NCBI GenBank assembly: GCA_964016885.1
Contig: OZ024740.1
Span: 363,444,001 to 363,508,000 of the forward strand
Source of the DNA: Eledone cirrhosa
Lineage: Eukaryota
Reading direction: 5' to 3'
DNA: 64,000 nt
Below the pieces are notes generated by a model. That model did not search any database and was not told the DNA's origin. It saw only the letters and a program-made list of their open reading frames with translations. Made by a program: the position numbers and the translations under genes. Below are positions 63,984 to 64,000 of the stretch, piece after piece; position 1 is the first letter of the stretch; every line of letters begins with the position of its first letter.

Positions 63984-64000
63984 AAAATTACAATCTGCTT

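Overview
AT-rich, microsatellite-dense, repeat-rich eukaryotic (animal) genomic DNA; no prokaryotic features. The SINE/LINE repertoire resembles what I recall of octopod cephalopod genomes (inference, not tested). One host gene can be rebuilt by hand on the + strand: 17 coding exons (10585..57536, 2553 nt = 851 codons, all intron phases consistent) encoding a signal peptide and five tandem MAM domains, the fifth running past the window end. Its introns and upstream region hold two RTE LINE subfamilies whose RT carries an inserted C4HC3 PHD-type finger, two CR1-type LINEs, a third RTE-type LINE, an R4-like remnant, a Helitron remnant, two Naiad-type Penelope-like elements, Nin/Deu-domain SINEs and TTAA-flanked MITEs. 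The most notable unexplained structure is a set of Penelope-type hammerhead-ribozyme motifs and long fold-back palindromes sitting in or near (TA)n tracts, plus repeated tail-outward pairs of retroelement 3' ends. Exon coordinates are exact hand reads; repeat boundaries are approximate.
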